A DNA stretch of 64,000 nucleotides from an uncultured Gemmatimonadaceae bacterium (GTDB lineage: Bacteria; Gemmatimonadota; Gemmatimonadetes; Gemmatimonadales; Gemmatimonadaceae): NCBI GenBank assembly GCA_963761305.1, contig CAVXGK010000002.1:672001-736000 (forward strand), in the 5' to 3' direction. Positions 1 through 9,765 of this stretch are shown piece after piece. The position numbers and the translations under genes were made by a program. Under the pieces are notes generated by a model. It saw only the letters and a list, made by a program, of their open reading frames with translations. It ran no database searches and was not told the origin of the DNA. How positions within the stretch are numbered: the stretch's first letter is position 1; each line of letters begins with the position of its first letter.

Positions 1-161
1 CGGCGTTCGCGTCGTCAAGCCCATCGAGCGAGTCGCTGGCAGTTACCCGGGACGATAGGCGCTTCAGAACACCGAGTCCGGGCCGGTGAGCGATCACGAC
101 GAAGCCACACGGTGCGGCGCACACCCGGCTGGCCGCCCGAGCGCGTCAATCGAACACGGGC

Positions 162-407
162 TCAACGAGCAATCAGTCGCGGCTCACAACACGGGCCTGG
201 TGGTCGACGAGCGTTGCTCCGGAGCCACGCGAGCACGTCGGCGCGTAGGTAGCGTCGCGTCTTGTGGCCGAGCACGAGGCATGGGATGCCGAAACGCTCA
301 ACCTGTCGCGGCTTGATCTGAAGCCACGCGGCCACCTGCTGCGTGGTTAGTACGTCGAGATCCGCGTGGCCGCTGGCGCTGTTCGGCGGGGAAGGGCGGC
401 CGCTCAT
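162..407 (-). CDS. Excisionase-like helix-turn-helix DNA-binding protein (HTH_17-like)
   Basis: DVLTTQQVAAWLQIKPRQVERFGIPCLVLGHKTRRYLRADVLAWL matches the Xis/AlpA-like winged HTH pattern; start taken at internal ATG (MSGR). Confidence 0.7.
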   Translation of the reverse strand: MSGRPSPPNSASGHADLDVLTTQQVAAWLQIKPRQVERFGIPCLVLGHKTRRYLRADVLAWLRSNARRPPGPCCEPRLIAR

Positions 408-1054
408 CGGGTAGGACAGCGGTTTGAGATACCGCTGCGCCACGGCAAGTGTTTTGGCTTTGGCTGATAGCGTGTCGGACCCACGCTAACAAAACGGAAG
501 GAATTCGCTCGTTCGGACAGCGGTGATGGAGGCTCGCCCCGAGGCCAGTTGACGCGCCCGCAACCGAACCGGTGCGAGCGACGCGCTGAACGCGCGGAGA
601 CTTGCGCGAATGTCGCGGTGCGCGCCGGCCCCGAGATCCCCCCACCGGAACCCCCGACGGCAGAAAGCCGATTCGCGACTCAGGAGGGACCACGACGCAC
701 TCACAGTCCAAGTCTGCACTCGAGCAAGCCTGAAGTCGTTGCAGTGCGGCAAGAGGTTAGCTCGTTGGGTCGTCCCCGACTTCCGTCAAATCGCTGAATA
801 CCAACAGCATGCGCAGAGTGGAGTGGTGCTAATTCGGAACCCGCCGTCCTCATCGCCGCGAAGAGAAACTGTACGCCGCCGAAGTGCGACCCGCGGTTGG
901 TCCGACGAGGCGACCATTGCGGATGAGGCCCTTCTCTAGGCATCGTGTATCAGGCAACGCGCCGATGCGCTGACCGTTCGATGGTGCGGACGCTGTCTTC
1001 GCACCGCCCCGGCCTTGATGCGTTGGGGATGGAGCCTTGCGGCAGGGGGTGCAC

Positions 1055-2710
1055 ATGGCCGACACGAAAGCGTTGTTTACCCAACGTTTCGATGCAGCGC
1101 GCACAGCACTGGCCGTGGGGGACGAGCTCGGTGCGACCGCAGCGCTCCACTTGGCAATAGTCGCGGCGCGGACCGATTCCAGTCTCCGGCCGGAACTCGC
1201 CACCGCGCTCCTCCAGCTTGGAAAACTCTCGCGGAAGTTCGGCGCGGCAGGCGAATCAGAAGCGGAGCCGCTCCTCACCGAAGCGCTCCTCATCAGCGAA
1301 CGCCTCTACGGAAGAGAACATCGCGGAGTCGCCCCGCTGCTGAACGAATTGAGCCGGCTCCACATCCAGCGCTCGCAGCACGCGCGCGCCGAGGAGGCCC
1401 TCAAGCGTTTGCTCGCGATCGCACGGGCGCAGGGCGAGGAGAATGCCGACGCCGCCATTGCGCTCGCCGGCCTCGCCCTCGTGAAACGCAAGCTCGGCGA
1501 TGAAGCCTCGGCGGAAGCGTTGTACAGAGAGGCGTTGCGGATTCGAGAGAACGTGCTCGAGTCGAATAACATGGTTACCGTCGTCACGCTCGAGCAGCTC
1601 GCGGAAACATGCGTGGCACGCGGCAACGTCGCCGAGGCGGTGACGCTGCTGCGGCGCGCGCTGTCAACGCGTGAGGCCGCACTGGGCCCTGGCCATGCAA
1701 GCGTGCACGCCGCGCGGTCTCGCGTCACCGAGCTGGAACCGAAGACCACCGTCGCGGCCGATGCGGCGGCTGCTGAACCGCAGGGTCGCCCCGCCACCGG
1801 TTCACACGAACGCGCGAAAACGCCGACTGTCACCGTTGCCGCGGGTGTCGCGCGCAATGATGTCGCGAATGACGCGCCTCGAGACTGGCGACCCACAATC
1901 GCGCCGGCGCGGGACGATTCGCCCGAGCCGGCGCGCAAGAGGCGAACGCTCCTGTATTCATCCGTTGGAGTGGCCTCGGTCGCGATGGCCGGCCTGCTGA
2001 TGTTGCGCCCGCGCGCTCGCGGCGGCAGCGACTTCGCGTCCGGGGAGCTCACCGTCGCGCCGCGCGTCACTGCTCCCGTCGCTACGACGCCGTCGACCAT
2101 GATCGCATCGACCGTAGCCGGCGCAACGCGTGGCAACTCTTTCCGATCGAGGAGCGCGGCGACCGCGACCGGCGCCCCGGTTACGCAGGCGGAGCGTCGT
2201 GCTTCGGCGGCCGCTGCATCGGAGCTCCGCTTGCCCCGCATCGATGTTGACGTGTCCCCGGTAAATGTCCCGACGATCGCCGTTCCGAGCATCTCGGCGG
2301 CTCCGAGCATGGACTCCATCGCTCGTCTGGCAACGGAGAGACCGCGAGCGTCCGATACCGACAGGACTGAAACGGGGGAGAAAGTCTCACCTCCGGCGTC
2401 GGCGGACGCGGTTGACGGGGTCACCCCACCCACCATCATCGGGCGGCCGCCGGCGCCGCGCTTCCCCGAGGCGGTGCTTCGCTCCGGAGTCCGCGAAGGA
2501 CAGGTCGTCGTCCGGTTCATGGTGAACGAGCTCGGGAATGTCGACGTCGCGACCATGGTCGTGGAGCAATCGGATCACGAGCTGCTCACGTCCGCCGTGC
2601 GCGACATCCTGCCGCGCTTTCGCTTCGAGCCCGCCCGCACGCGCGCACCGGAATCGAAGCCTGTTGCCGCGTGGGTGACCGTGCCCTTTCGGTTCACGAC
2701 GAAGAGATGA
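1055..2710 (+). CDS. TPR-repeat protein with transmembrane helix and C-terminal TonB domain
   Basis: N-terminal kinesin-light-chain-type TPRs (AEPLLTEALLISERLYG, AEALYREALRIRE), TM after RKRR, Pro/Ala linker, TonB_C (PRFPEAVLRSGVREGQVVVRFMVNELG...VTVPFRF). Confidence 0.85.
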   Translation: MADTKALFTQRFDAARTALAVGDELGATAALHLAIVAARTDSSLRPELATALLQLGKLSRKFGAAGESEAEPLLTEALLISERLYGREHRGVAPLLNELSRLHIQRSQHARAEEALKRLLAIARAQGEENADAAIALAGLALVKRKLGDEASAEALYREALRIRENVLESNNMVTVVTLEQLAETCVARGNVAEAVTLLRRALSTREAALGPGHASVHAARSRVTELEPKTTVAADAAAAEPQGRPATGSHERAKTPTVTVAAGVARNDVANDAPRDWRPTIAPARDDSPEPARKRRTLLYSSVGVASVAMAGLLMLRPRARGGSDFASGELTVAPRVTAPVATTPSTMIASTVAGATRGNSFRSRSAATATGAPVTQAERRASAAAASELRLPRIDVDVSPVNVPTIAVPSISAAPSMDSIARLATERPRASDTDRTETGEKVSPPASADAVDGVTPPTIIGRPPAPRFPEAVLRSGVREGQVVVRFMVNELGNVDVATMVVEQSDHELLTSAVRDILPRFRFEPARTRAPESKPVAAWVTVPFRFTTKR

Positions 2711-2814
2711 GCGGCGAACGGCAGCTGTCGCGCGGTTCATTCGACGTGGTCACCTCGTTTTTTGTGGACAAACGCTTCCGAGCAACAGCATGCACGCAGG
2801 CGCCTCTTACGCGT

Positions 2815-2932
2815 GGGAGCCTCTGTTCGAGGTGAACACCATCCCGGTGTCAGAGATAGCCATCGAATACTACGCTTCCGCCGCTCACGCGCCGGTCAAG
2901 TACGCAGTTCTCAATTCACAGTGCGGCGTGAA
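2815..2932 (+). pseudogene. Remnant resembling the C-terminus of a TonB-receptor plug-domain protein
   Basis: EPLFEVNTIPVSEIAIEYYASAAHAPVKYAVLNSQCGV resembles plug ends (DxNxI..xIxxIEyY..P..Y....CGVI.IwT); no intact N- or C-terminus. Confidence 0.5.
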
Positions 2933-3024
2933 GGAGTCGTTGTTCGGGCCGCTGATGGCCCCGACGGTCTTCGTCACGAGTGGGGCGGTCACGGGTCCGA
3001 TCTGGCAGCCAACGCGTATGGTTC

Positions 3025-3074
3025 CATGCTCGCAGCCTATCCGCGCACGTCCGGCGCGGTCAACGGTTACGGCG
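3025..3074. repeat. ~50-bp imperfect direct repeat, copy 1 (copy 2 at 3500-3550)
   Basis: CATGCTCGCA-GCCTATCCGCGCACGTCCGGCGCGGTCAACGGTTACGGCG vs CATGCTCGCATGCCTATCCGCGCGCGGCCGATGGGGTCAACGGCTACGGCG. Confidence 0.85.
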
Positions 3075-3169
3075 TGGCCGGCGCTTTGAGGGCGTCGCCC
3101 CAGCGGAGGTTGCCTAATCAGCTCGATGCTATGATGCTGCTCCAGGCGCGAGTCTTTTGGAGAAATGAC

Positions 3170-3493
3170 ATGGCACAGGCTCAACCAGGCGGCGATCCGA
3201 TGACCGCCGTGCGTTTCATGCTGCCGCCTGGAGCCGCCCACGCCCTACTCGAGGAGGCGGTGTTCGCGCGCGCCTGTGACGCTGGGTTTGCCGACCCACG
3301 GCTTGAGTTCGAGGACAGCAATCAGTCCAAGGAAACTCGAATCGCGTGCGGCATCCCGATGGCGCGATTCGTTCTCGCGGAATTGCGGCGCATCAAATCC
3401 CAACGGCAAGACGAACTCGGGATCTCGTTCCATTTGACAGTAGCGGCGATCGTGGTGCGACGTGCGATCGAAGCGCGCGAGCTGCGAACGTAG
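3170..3493 (+). CDS. Hypothetical protein (~107 aa)
   Basis: 3' part of ORF 2762..3493; GGAG upstream of ATG (MAQAQP); protein-like composition. Confidence 0.6.
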   Translation: MAQAQPGGDPMTAVRFMLPPGAAHALLEEAVFARACDAGFADPRLEFEDSNQSKETRIACGIPMARFVLAELRRIKSQRQDELGISFHLTVAAIVVRRAIEARELRT

Positions 3494-3499
3494 CGTCGG

Positions 3500-3550
3500 C
3501 ATGCTCGCATGCCTATCCGCGCGCGGCCGATGGGGTCAACGGCTACGGCG
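3500..3550. repeat. ~50-bp imperfect direct repeat, copy 2
   Basis: Matches 3025-3074. Confidence 0.85.
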
Positions 3551-3629
3551 GGGGCAGTCGGTCAGTTTGGCCGTGACCTTAAAGCAGTGTTTGCTAGCGA
3601 AAAATCGCCGGACGCACCAATCTGTCAGG

Positions 3630-3950
3630 GTGAGCGATTACAACCACGCCGCAGAAATCGCGGGCGCGCTTGCAGCGCGCCTCGCCGAAGTCAGCTTCCC
3701 GCTGCCCGCGCCCCTGGAGCGCGAGATTCAGCGGCAAGTGTGCGAGTACGCCGATGAACTCAAGGGGCTCGGCTTGCCGCCCGAACGCGTCATTGTCGCC
3801 GTGAAGCGGGTCGCGAACGAGGCGGGCGTCTCCTCGACCTCGCGCATCGTTCCGTCGCCGACGCTGCTGGAAGGAAAGGACAAGCTGCTCGTCGACATGG
3901 TCGGCTGGTGCATCGAGCGGTACTACTACCGTTCATCACGCGCCGACTAA
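3630..3950 (+). CDS. Hypothetical helical protein (~106 aa)
   Basis: GTG start in frame of ORF 3462..3950; QVCEYADELKGLGLPPERVIVAVKRVA...MVGWCIERYY; followed by GC hairpin 3955-3978. Confidence 0.7.
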   Translation: MSDYNHAAEIAGALAARLAEVSFPLPAPLEREIQRQVCEYADELKGLGLPPERVIVAVKRVANEAGVSSTSRIVPSPTLLEGKDKLLVDMVGWCIERYYYRSSRAD

Positions 3951-4170
3951 CTGACCCGCCAGCCACCGGCTTGGCGGGCTGGGTCTCCCACACATATCGC
4001 TGTCGCCGTCACAGGCGAATAGCGAAAACGAAAAACGCCCCGCACGATGAACGGTGCAGTTGGATCGGTGCGCGTTGGCTTGTCGCGTGGCCGACGCGAT
4101 TCTCGTGATAGTCTCCAGATGCTGTAGGTCCCTGACTGACCACCAACCATCTTCGGGTAGGGAACCGCCA

Positions 4171-4365
4171 ATGAACGCACGACGCGACGCCGTATTCGCA
4201 TGCCTCATGCTCGCCGCCCGAACCGCTTCGATGCCGGCGCAGTGTAGCGTGGCGACACTCAATGGGACCTTCGGGTTCTACATCGACGGGTACGCAGCTT
4301 CACACAATCCTGTCGCCGCCGTTGGGATCGCGACCTTTGATGGGAAAGGAACGGGCGCAGATTGA
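4171..4365 (+). pseudogene. Truncated secreted protein fragment
   Basis: Signal-peptide-like start, then QCSVATLNGTFGFYIDG..PVAAVGIATFDGKG; stops abruptly just before the PadR promoter. Confidence 0.5.
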
Positions 4366-4377
4366 GTTGGTGATACC

Positions 4378-4418
4378 TTGACCTCCGACAACAGTCGTCG
4401 TAAGCTGTTGTCGAAGGT
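4378..4418 (+). promoter_or_regulatory. Sigma70-type promoter overlapped by a 14-bp inverted repeat (putative PadR operator)
   Basis: TTGACC(4378-83)-N17-TAAGCT(4401-06); ACCTCCGACAACAG(4381-94)/CTGTTGTCGAAGGT(4405-18), one mismatch. Confidence 0.7.
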
Positions 4419-4442
4419 TGAGGTAACTCCAATCCGCTCGCC

Positions 4443-4772
4443 ATGACCGAACGCGCTGACCTGCTTCAGGGCACGCTCGACCTCCTCATCCTCAAGAGTC
4501 TCCTCGCCGGCCCGCTCCACGGCTGGGGTGTGTCCAAGCGCATCCGCGATTGGTCGCGCGACGTGCTCCAGATCAACCAGGGCTCGTTGTACCCGGCGCT
4601 CTATCGCCTCGAGGAACGCGGGCTGATTCGCGCCGAGTGGGGCACGTCGGACGAGGGGCGACGAGCGAAGTTCTACACCCTCACGGCGACCGGCCGAAAA
4701 CAGTTCACGGGCGAGCGCGCCGATTGGCGGCGGTTCGCGGCCGCCATCGAAGAAGTGCTCCAGGCGACATGA
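4443..4772 (+). CDS. PadR family transcriptional regulator (acidobacterial type)
   Basis: LLQGTLDLLILKSL..GPLHGWG..QINQGSLYPALYRLE..W..GRRAKFY.LT..GRKQ; stop overlaps permease start (ATGA). Confidence 0.95.
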   Translation: MTERADLLQGTLDLLILKSLLAGPLHGWGVSKRIRDWSRDVLQINQGSLYPALYRLEERGLIRAEWGTSDEGRRAKFYTLTATGRKQFTGERADWRRFAAAIEEVLQAT

Positions 4773-7409
4773 TCCGCTGGCGGACGCTCCAGTCGCTCGT
4801 CCAGCGCTCGACGCGCGAGCGCGAGATGGACGAGGAGATGCGCTTCCACGTCGAGATGGAAGCCGCGGAACTCACGCGTGGCGGCATGCCCCCGGACGAA
4901 GCGCGCCGCGTGGCCGCCGCGACATTCGGCGGTGTCGAGCGGCACAAGGACGACGCCCGCGACGCCATCGGGATACGCCTGCTCGACGACTTGGGACAGG
5001 ACGTTCGTTACGCCCTGCGACAGCTCCGCGTGAGCCCGGGATTTGCCGCGGCGACGATTCTCACGCTCGGACTTGGCGTCGGCGCCACGACCACGATGTA
5101 CACGATCGATCGCGCGATCACCGTCGCGAACGTGGCCGTTCGCGCGTCCCGACGAGCTGGTCCACTTCGCGCAGGGCACGGGTGGCGACTGCAACGCGTG
5201 CTGGCGGCTGGCGAAAGGGAATTACATGACCGTGCGCGACGAATCGCGTACGCTGACCGGCGTGACCCTCGTCGCTGGCTGGAGCGCGATTCTTCGCGGT
5301 CCGGAACACACCGAAATCGTCAGCGGCGCGAAGGTGACGCCGGCGATGTTCGAGATGCTCGGCGTGCCGGCGCTGCTCGGCCGCACGATCGTGACCGCGG
5401 ACAGCGCTGAGGGCCGCCGCAACGCGGTCGTCGTGAGCGAGGTGCTCTGGCGCACGCGTTTTGGTGCCGATTCCAACATCGTCGGCTCGACGATCGTCCT
5501 CGACGCCATTCCACGGACAATCGTCGGCGTCATCTCGGCACGATACACGTTTCCCCATGACGTGATGGTGTGGGCGCCGAGGATTCTCGGGCCTGCCGAT
5601 GCGAGCGACCGTTCGTGGACGAACGACGACGCCATCGGCCGTTTGCGCCCGGGTGTGACAATGGCGCAAGCGCGTGTCGAGCTGGCGACGATCGCCGCAC
5701 GTCTCGGCATCGAGTATCCGGCGGCGATGAAGCACTGGACGATCGACGCGATGCCGTTCAGGGATTGGTTGGCGCCGGGCCACAACGACAAGACCGCCAA
5801 TTTACTCTTTGCCGCCGTCGGGCTCGTGCTGCTCATCGCGTGCACCAACCTCGCCGGATTGCTGCTGGCACGACTCACCGCGCGACAGAAGGAGATTGCC
5901 GTTCGCGCGGCCATGGGCGCGAGCGCGGCGCGAATCGCCCGGCAACTACTCACGGAAACGGTACTCGTGACGCTGATCGCCGGAGCCGTGGGCGCCGGTG
6001 TCGCCGCCGCGGCGACGCATCTCATTCGCGATGGGATGCCCGACTTCGTCATCGAGCAACTTCCCAACTGGGGCTCGATGGGAATCGACGTCACGGCGCT
6101 GCTCGTCGCGCTTGGGACGGGCGCCATCACGGGTTTCATCATCGGGCTGTGGCCTGCGTGGCAGTTCGGACGGCCAGCCCTGGTGAATGTGCTCAAAGAC
6201 GGCGCGCGGACCGCTACGTCGGGACGTCCCTCGAGGACGCGGCGCGGCCTCGTCATCGCCGAAGTTGCTTTCGCCATCGTGCTGCTCGCAGCGGCAGGGC
6301 TTCTCACACGGACGCTGCGCAATCTTCACGCGGTGCATCCGGGATTCCGCGCCGACCACGTGCTCGCGTTTCGCATTACCGGGCCGCCGCGGGTCCCGGG
6401 TGACAGCCTGCCGCTGGATTCCCTCAAGTTCGATCGGCTCTCCTCAATGATCGACGCGGTTCCCGGCGTCATCCGCGCCGCCGCCGTTTTCGGTGCGCCG
6501 TACACGCACTCCGCGAGCACCAATGGATTCGGCATTCGGGGCACGGAGTCAGACCGTCCCGGGCACGGCTACAGCGTGCGCATGATCCCCGCCAGCGCGG
6601 ACTACTTCGAAACGCTCGAGATCCCGATCGTGCGGGGAAGAGCGTTCACATCGAATGACCGCTCGGGCACGGCGCCCGTCGCCATCGTCGACCAGACGGT
6701 CGCGCGGCGTTTCTTCGCCACCCAGGATCCGATCGGCCGCTTCATCCATATCGACGGCGTTTACTGGCAAATCGTCGGCATCGCCTCGGACACGCGCTAC
6801 GACACGCGCGATCGGAAGGTCGCGATGTACCCAGGCGAGGTCTATCGCCCGATGGCGCAGTGGCCGTGGCGCCAAGCGCAGTTCGTCGTGAGGGCGAAAG
6901 GCAACCCCCTCGACGTCGCGCCCGCCGTCGCGCGAATCGTTCATGATTTCGACCCCGACCTCGCCCTCACTCGCGTTCAAACGATGGAGTCGGTGATCGA
7001 TGAAGACGTAGCGCCGGACCGCATGATCTCGGGAATGATGCTCGGCTTCGCGATCGCCGCCGTGATCATCGCCGCCATCGGGCTGTACGGCTTGATCAGC
7101 TACGGCGTCGCCCAGCGCGTTCGCGAGTTCGGCATTCGCCGCGCGCTTGGTGCGGAGTCGTCGGCGCTGCTCTCGCTCGTACTCGGGCAGGGGCTTCGTC
7201 TCGCGGCCTTGGGATCGCTACTGGGTCTCGCCGGCGCGTTGGCCACGACGCGACTCATGGGCGCGCTGCTCTACGGCGTTTCGCCGATGGATCCCGTCAC
7301 GCTCGTCGCCGTGGTGGCCGCGATGTGCCTCGTTGGATTGGCGGCGGCGTTCATACCGGCGCGCCGGGCCAGCATCGCCGATCCGATGGAGTCGTTGCGC
7401 GAGGAGTGA
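4769..7409 (+). CDS. ABC transporter permease, MacB/FtsX duplicated (ADOP) family; frameshifted near 5125
   Basis: N-terminus MIRW..EMDEEMRFHVEME..QDVRYALRQL in frame 4550; remainder (WPFARPDELV..LIACTNLAGLLLAR..DPMESLREE) in frame 5043; one extra base. Confidence 0.9.
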
Positions 7410-7460
7410 CGCGAGGGGCCCGGTTTCGTCTCAACGTTCACACGATCAATAGTGAACTCC

Positions 7461-7950
7461 GACTTCGGTGACTCGAGCCTCTCTACTTATTACTTATCCG
7501 CCGACCGCGGTTTCGGGGTATCCCCTAACCGTCGTGAACAGTTATAAGCGTCAGCCGAGCGTCATCGCGGCGTATAAAGTCGTTCAATTGAAGGTTTAGA
7601 AGATCATGGGCCCGCGAGAATGACGCCTCGATCGCCGGCGGCGGCTCGGCGATGCGGGCAGTTAAGTCCGTCTGGCGACGGATAACGTCGGGCAGAAACT
7701 AAGCTCTCCTAGATCGACTAGGCGAAGATCCGCAGCACTCGACTTTGCCTAAATCGTCTAGGAGAGAGCGCCCGCGAATCGCCGAACTTCGCCGTCTTGT
7801 GGGCCCGGCTGCCAGCAAGAATGGGTCACTATGACCGGCCTCGGCGTGGTAAAGTTCTTCAATGAGGCTTTTACAGCCGGCAAAATTTGCCCTGCCCCAA
7901 AACGCGATCCGGCGATAAGACATAAGTAGAGAGGCGCGTGTCGCGAAGTT
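7461..7950 (+). ncRNA. Putative large rod-like structured RNA (unassigned family)
   Basis: Nested helices 7461-7519/7894-7950, 7569-7598/7850-7878, 7608-7619/7795-7806, 7636-7659/7770-7794, 7704-7727/7743-7766; side hairpin 7667-7682; several G-U pairs on + strand; no credible ORF. Confidence 0.65.
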
Positions 7951-8089
7951 CTCGCCCGCCTCCCGGCGCAGCAGCGCGAACGGCCATGCCTCACCCGTTC
8001 ACATCCGAAACCGTTGAGTAGGCCGACTCGCGCCGCCGGCTCCGCCGAGCCGGCGTGGGCGTAGCGGGCACCACTCGCCGCTCCGCGAC

Positions 8090-8505
8090 CATTCGCGAGC
8101 GTTGACGCGGCGTTCTCGAGGTCGACGCAGAGCGTTCGACCGTCGCACGCATTCACTCGACCGTGTTCACCGTTCACTCGACGGCGTTCATCGTTCACTC
8201 GACGGCGTTCACCGTTCACTCGACGGCGTTCATCCTTCGCTCGACGGCCTTCGTCGTTCACTCGACCGAGTTCGCCTTTCACTCGGCGCGGAACCGTCTA
8301 CACTGGGCCGATCTCAACACCCATCACAAGGAGGTGCCACAACATCGCCGCATGAACCGCTCACGTTGGAGCTCGTGAAGACGACGTCGACACGTCTCGA
8401 GCGAGCATCAACTCACCGAAACGGCATTCAAGGAGGCAAGGCGACGGCATCAATTGTTCGGAAACGCAGTTCACAAGGACTGCAAGACAGCTCGACAGCA
8501 GTTCA
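8090..8505. repeat. Degenerate 21-bp-period tandem array A
   Basis: Core unit CGTTCACTCGACGGCGTTCA(C/T) at 8150, 8171, 8192, 8213, 8234, 8255, 8276; phase persists as TC(G/A)AC-like words at 8136, 8387, 8408, 8450, 8471, 8492. Confidence 0.9.
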
Positions 8506-8532
8506 TCTAATCATTCATGTGTCGGAGGACAC

Positions 8533-8859
8533 TTGAACAGTTTACAAGAACGGATCTACAACCCCGGCCACCGCATGCAGGCGTTCTTGATCACCAACGA
8601 CGCGGTGTTGGGCACCATCAACAAGTCGGGAATGCGCGCCGACCTCGACGCGATCGTCGATGCACTCGGCGACAGCGGCGGCCAACAGGCCGCGGGGCGC
8701 GTCAACGCGATCGGCGTCGTTCCGACTGAGCTCCTCGGCCGCCTCGAGCGCGATCAGGCAGTAGCCGGTGCAAACACGTTCCGCACCGCCTGGACGTGCG
8801 GTGTCAGATCCGAGCCTGCCTCGTACGCATACGCGAGGTGGATGGTCGCGAGCGTCTGA
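8533..8859 (+). pseudogene. Probably 3'-truncated helical hypothetical protein
   Basis: GGAGG RBS + TTG; first ~60 aa amphipathic (MQAFLITNDAVLGTINKSGMRADLDAIVDALG); the rest runs antisense into the APH gene. Confidence 0.55.
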
Positions 8860-9680
8860 GACATTGTGCGCATCCGCGTTCGGAACCCGTCGTCGACTCT
8901 GAGCGGATAGTGCATCAGCACCTGCTCGACGAAGGGCCAGCCCTGCCACGCCGCGACAAAAACAAAATCTCGCGCGGCATCGCCAAGCGTCATGCCCGTC
9001 CAATCCAGAATACCGGTGAGAGTGCCGGCGTTCGGGTTCACCAGGACGTTCTCGGTCGACAGATCGCCGTGAACTGGCTGCAGCCGACCACCCCACGGCT
9101 CAGCCGACAGCGGGATTTCGCTCAGCCAAGTCGCGGCTCGATCGACGACCGGATCGATCCCTTTCAGTTGTTGTACGACGGCAACACCGTGTTCGACCCA
9201 TTCGCGAGCTCCCTCCTCGTTCGGGTCACTCTCTCGAATTCCAGCGGCGCGGGCTGCGCTTTCGGGAATCGAGTGGAGCGCCCCGAGCAGTGTCGCGATT
9301 TCTCGCCCGACCGCTGGAAAGAGGCTCGCAGGAACCGAATCGGCCGGAACACCGGAGATGAAGCGGTGGCCGGCGAATCTGTACGGATACCCGAGCGCCG
9401 GCGCGCCGACTCGCTCCACTCGGGGAACCGAGATGTTCGACGGGAGCCTGTCGGCGACGAGACGATGAGCGCTCGCCTCGGCGTCGAACAGATCCGCGCA
9501 CCAGCCATGACGTGGGAAGCGAAAGACCCAGTCGTCTGTGGTCAGGAACACGTCGAAGTGCCAGCCCGATCCCAGTGCTCGCAGAGCTTCTGCGTCAATG
9601 TCGGGGAAGCGCGTTGCGATGATTCCAGCCGCCGTCGCCGGCGTGAGCGGGTAATCAGGTTTCCACGGCGAAATACTCAT
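8754..9680 (-). CDS. Aminoglycoside phosphotransferase/kinase-like (APH family) protein
   Basis: LGSGW, WVFRFPR, Brenner motif HGDLSTENVL, GILDW, GDAARD. Confidence 0.9.
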   Translation of the reverse strand: MSISPWKPDYPLTPATAAGIIATRFPDIDAEALRALGSGWHFDVFLTTDDWVFRFPRHGWCADLFDAEASAHRLVADRLPSNISVPRVERVGAPALGYPYRFAGHRFISGVPADSVPASLFPAVGREIATLLGALHSIPESAARAAGIRESDPNEEGAREWVEHGVAVVQQLKGIDPVVDRAATWLSEIPLSAEPWGGRLQPVHGDLSTENVLVNPNAGTLTGILDWTGMTLGDAARDFVFVAAWQGWPFVEQVLMHYPLRVDDGFRTRMRTMSQTLATIHLAYAYEAGSDLTPHVQAVRNVFAPATA

Positions 9681-9765
9681 TCGATGGAAGGGAGAGTGAG
9701 CGGTTCGCTCGGCCGGCGGCTGCACCCGGGTCGAGCATCCAATTTGTCTCATCGAACAATCGACC

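Noticed and set aside
4020..4110. tRNA fragment or att site
   Set aside because: Only a partial terminator-like hairpin; no T-loop or acceptor stem recognisable
7704..7766. Stand-alone tandem repressor operators (CCTAG..CTAGG palindromes)
   Set aside because: Better explained as the apical stem of the larger nested fold, though a dual role is not excluded
7461..7950. Retron msr-msd, group I/II intron, known self-cleaving ribozyme or integron attC
   Set aside because: No RT or integrase; no domain V, P7 pair or hammerhead core found by eye; twister-like (TAAC..GTTATAAGC) and hairpin-like (AGAA, AGAAAC) words lack convincing partner strands; too long for attC
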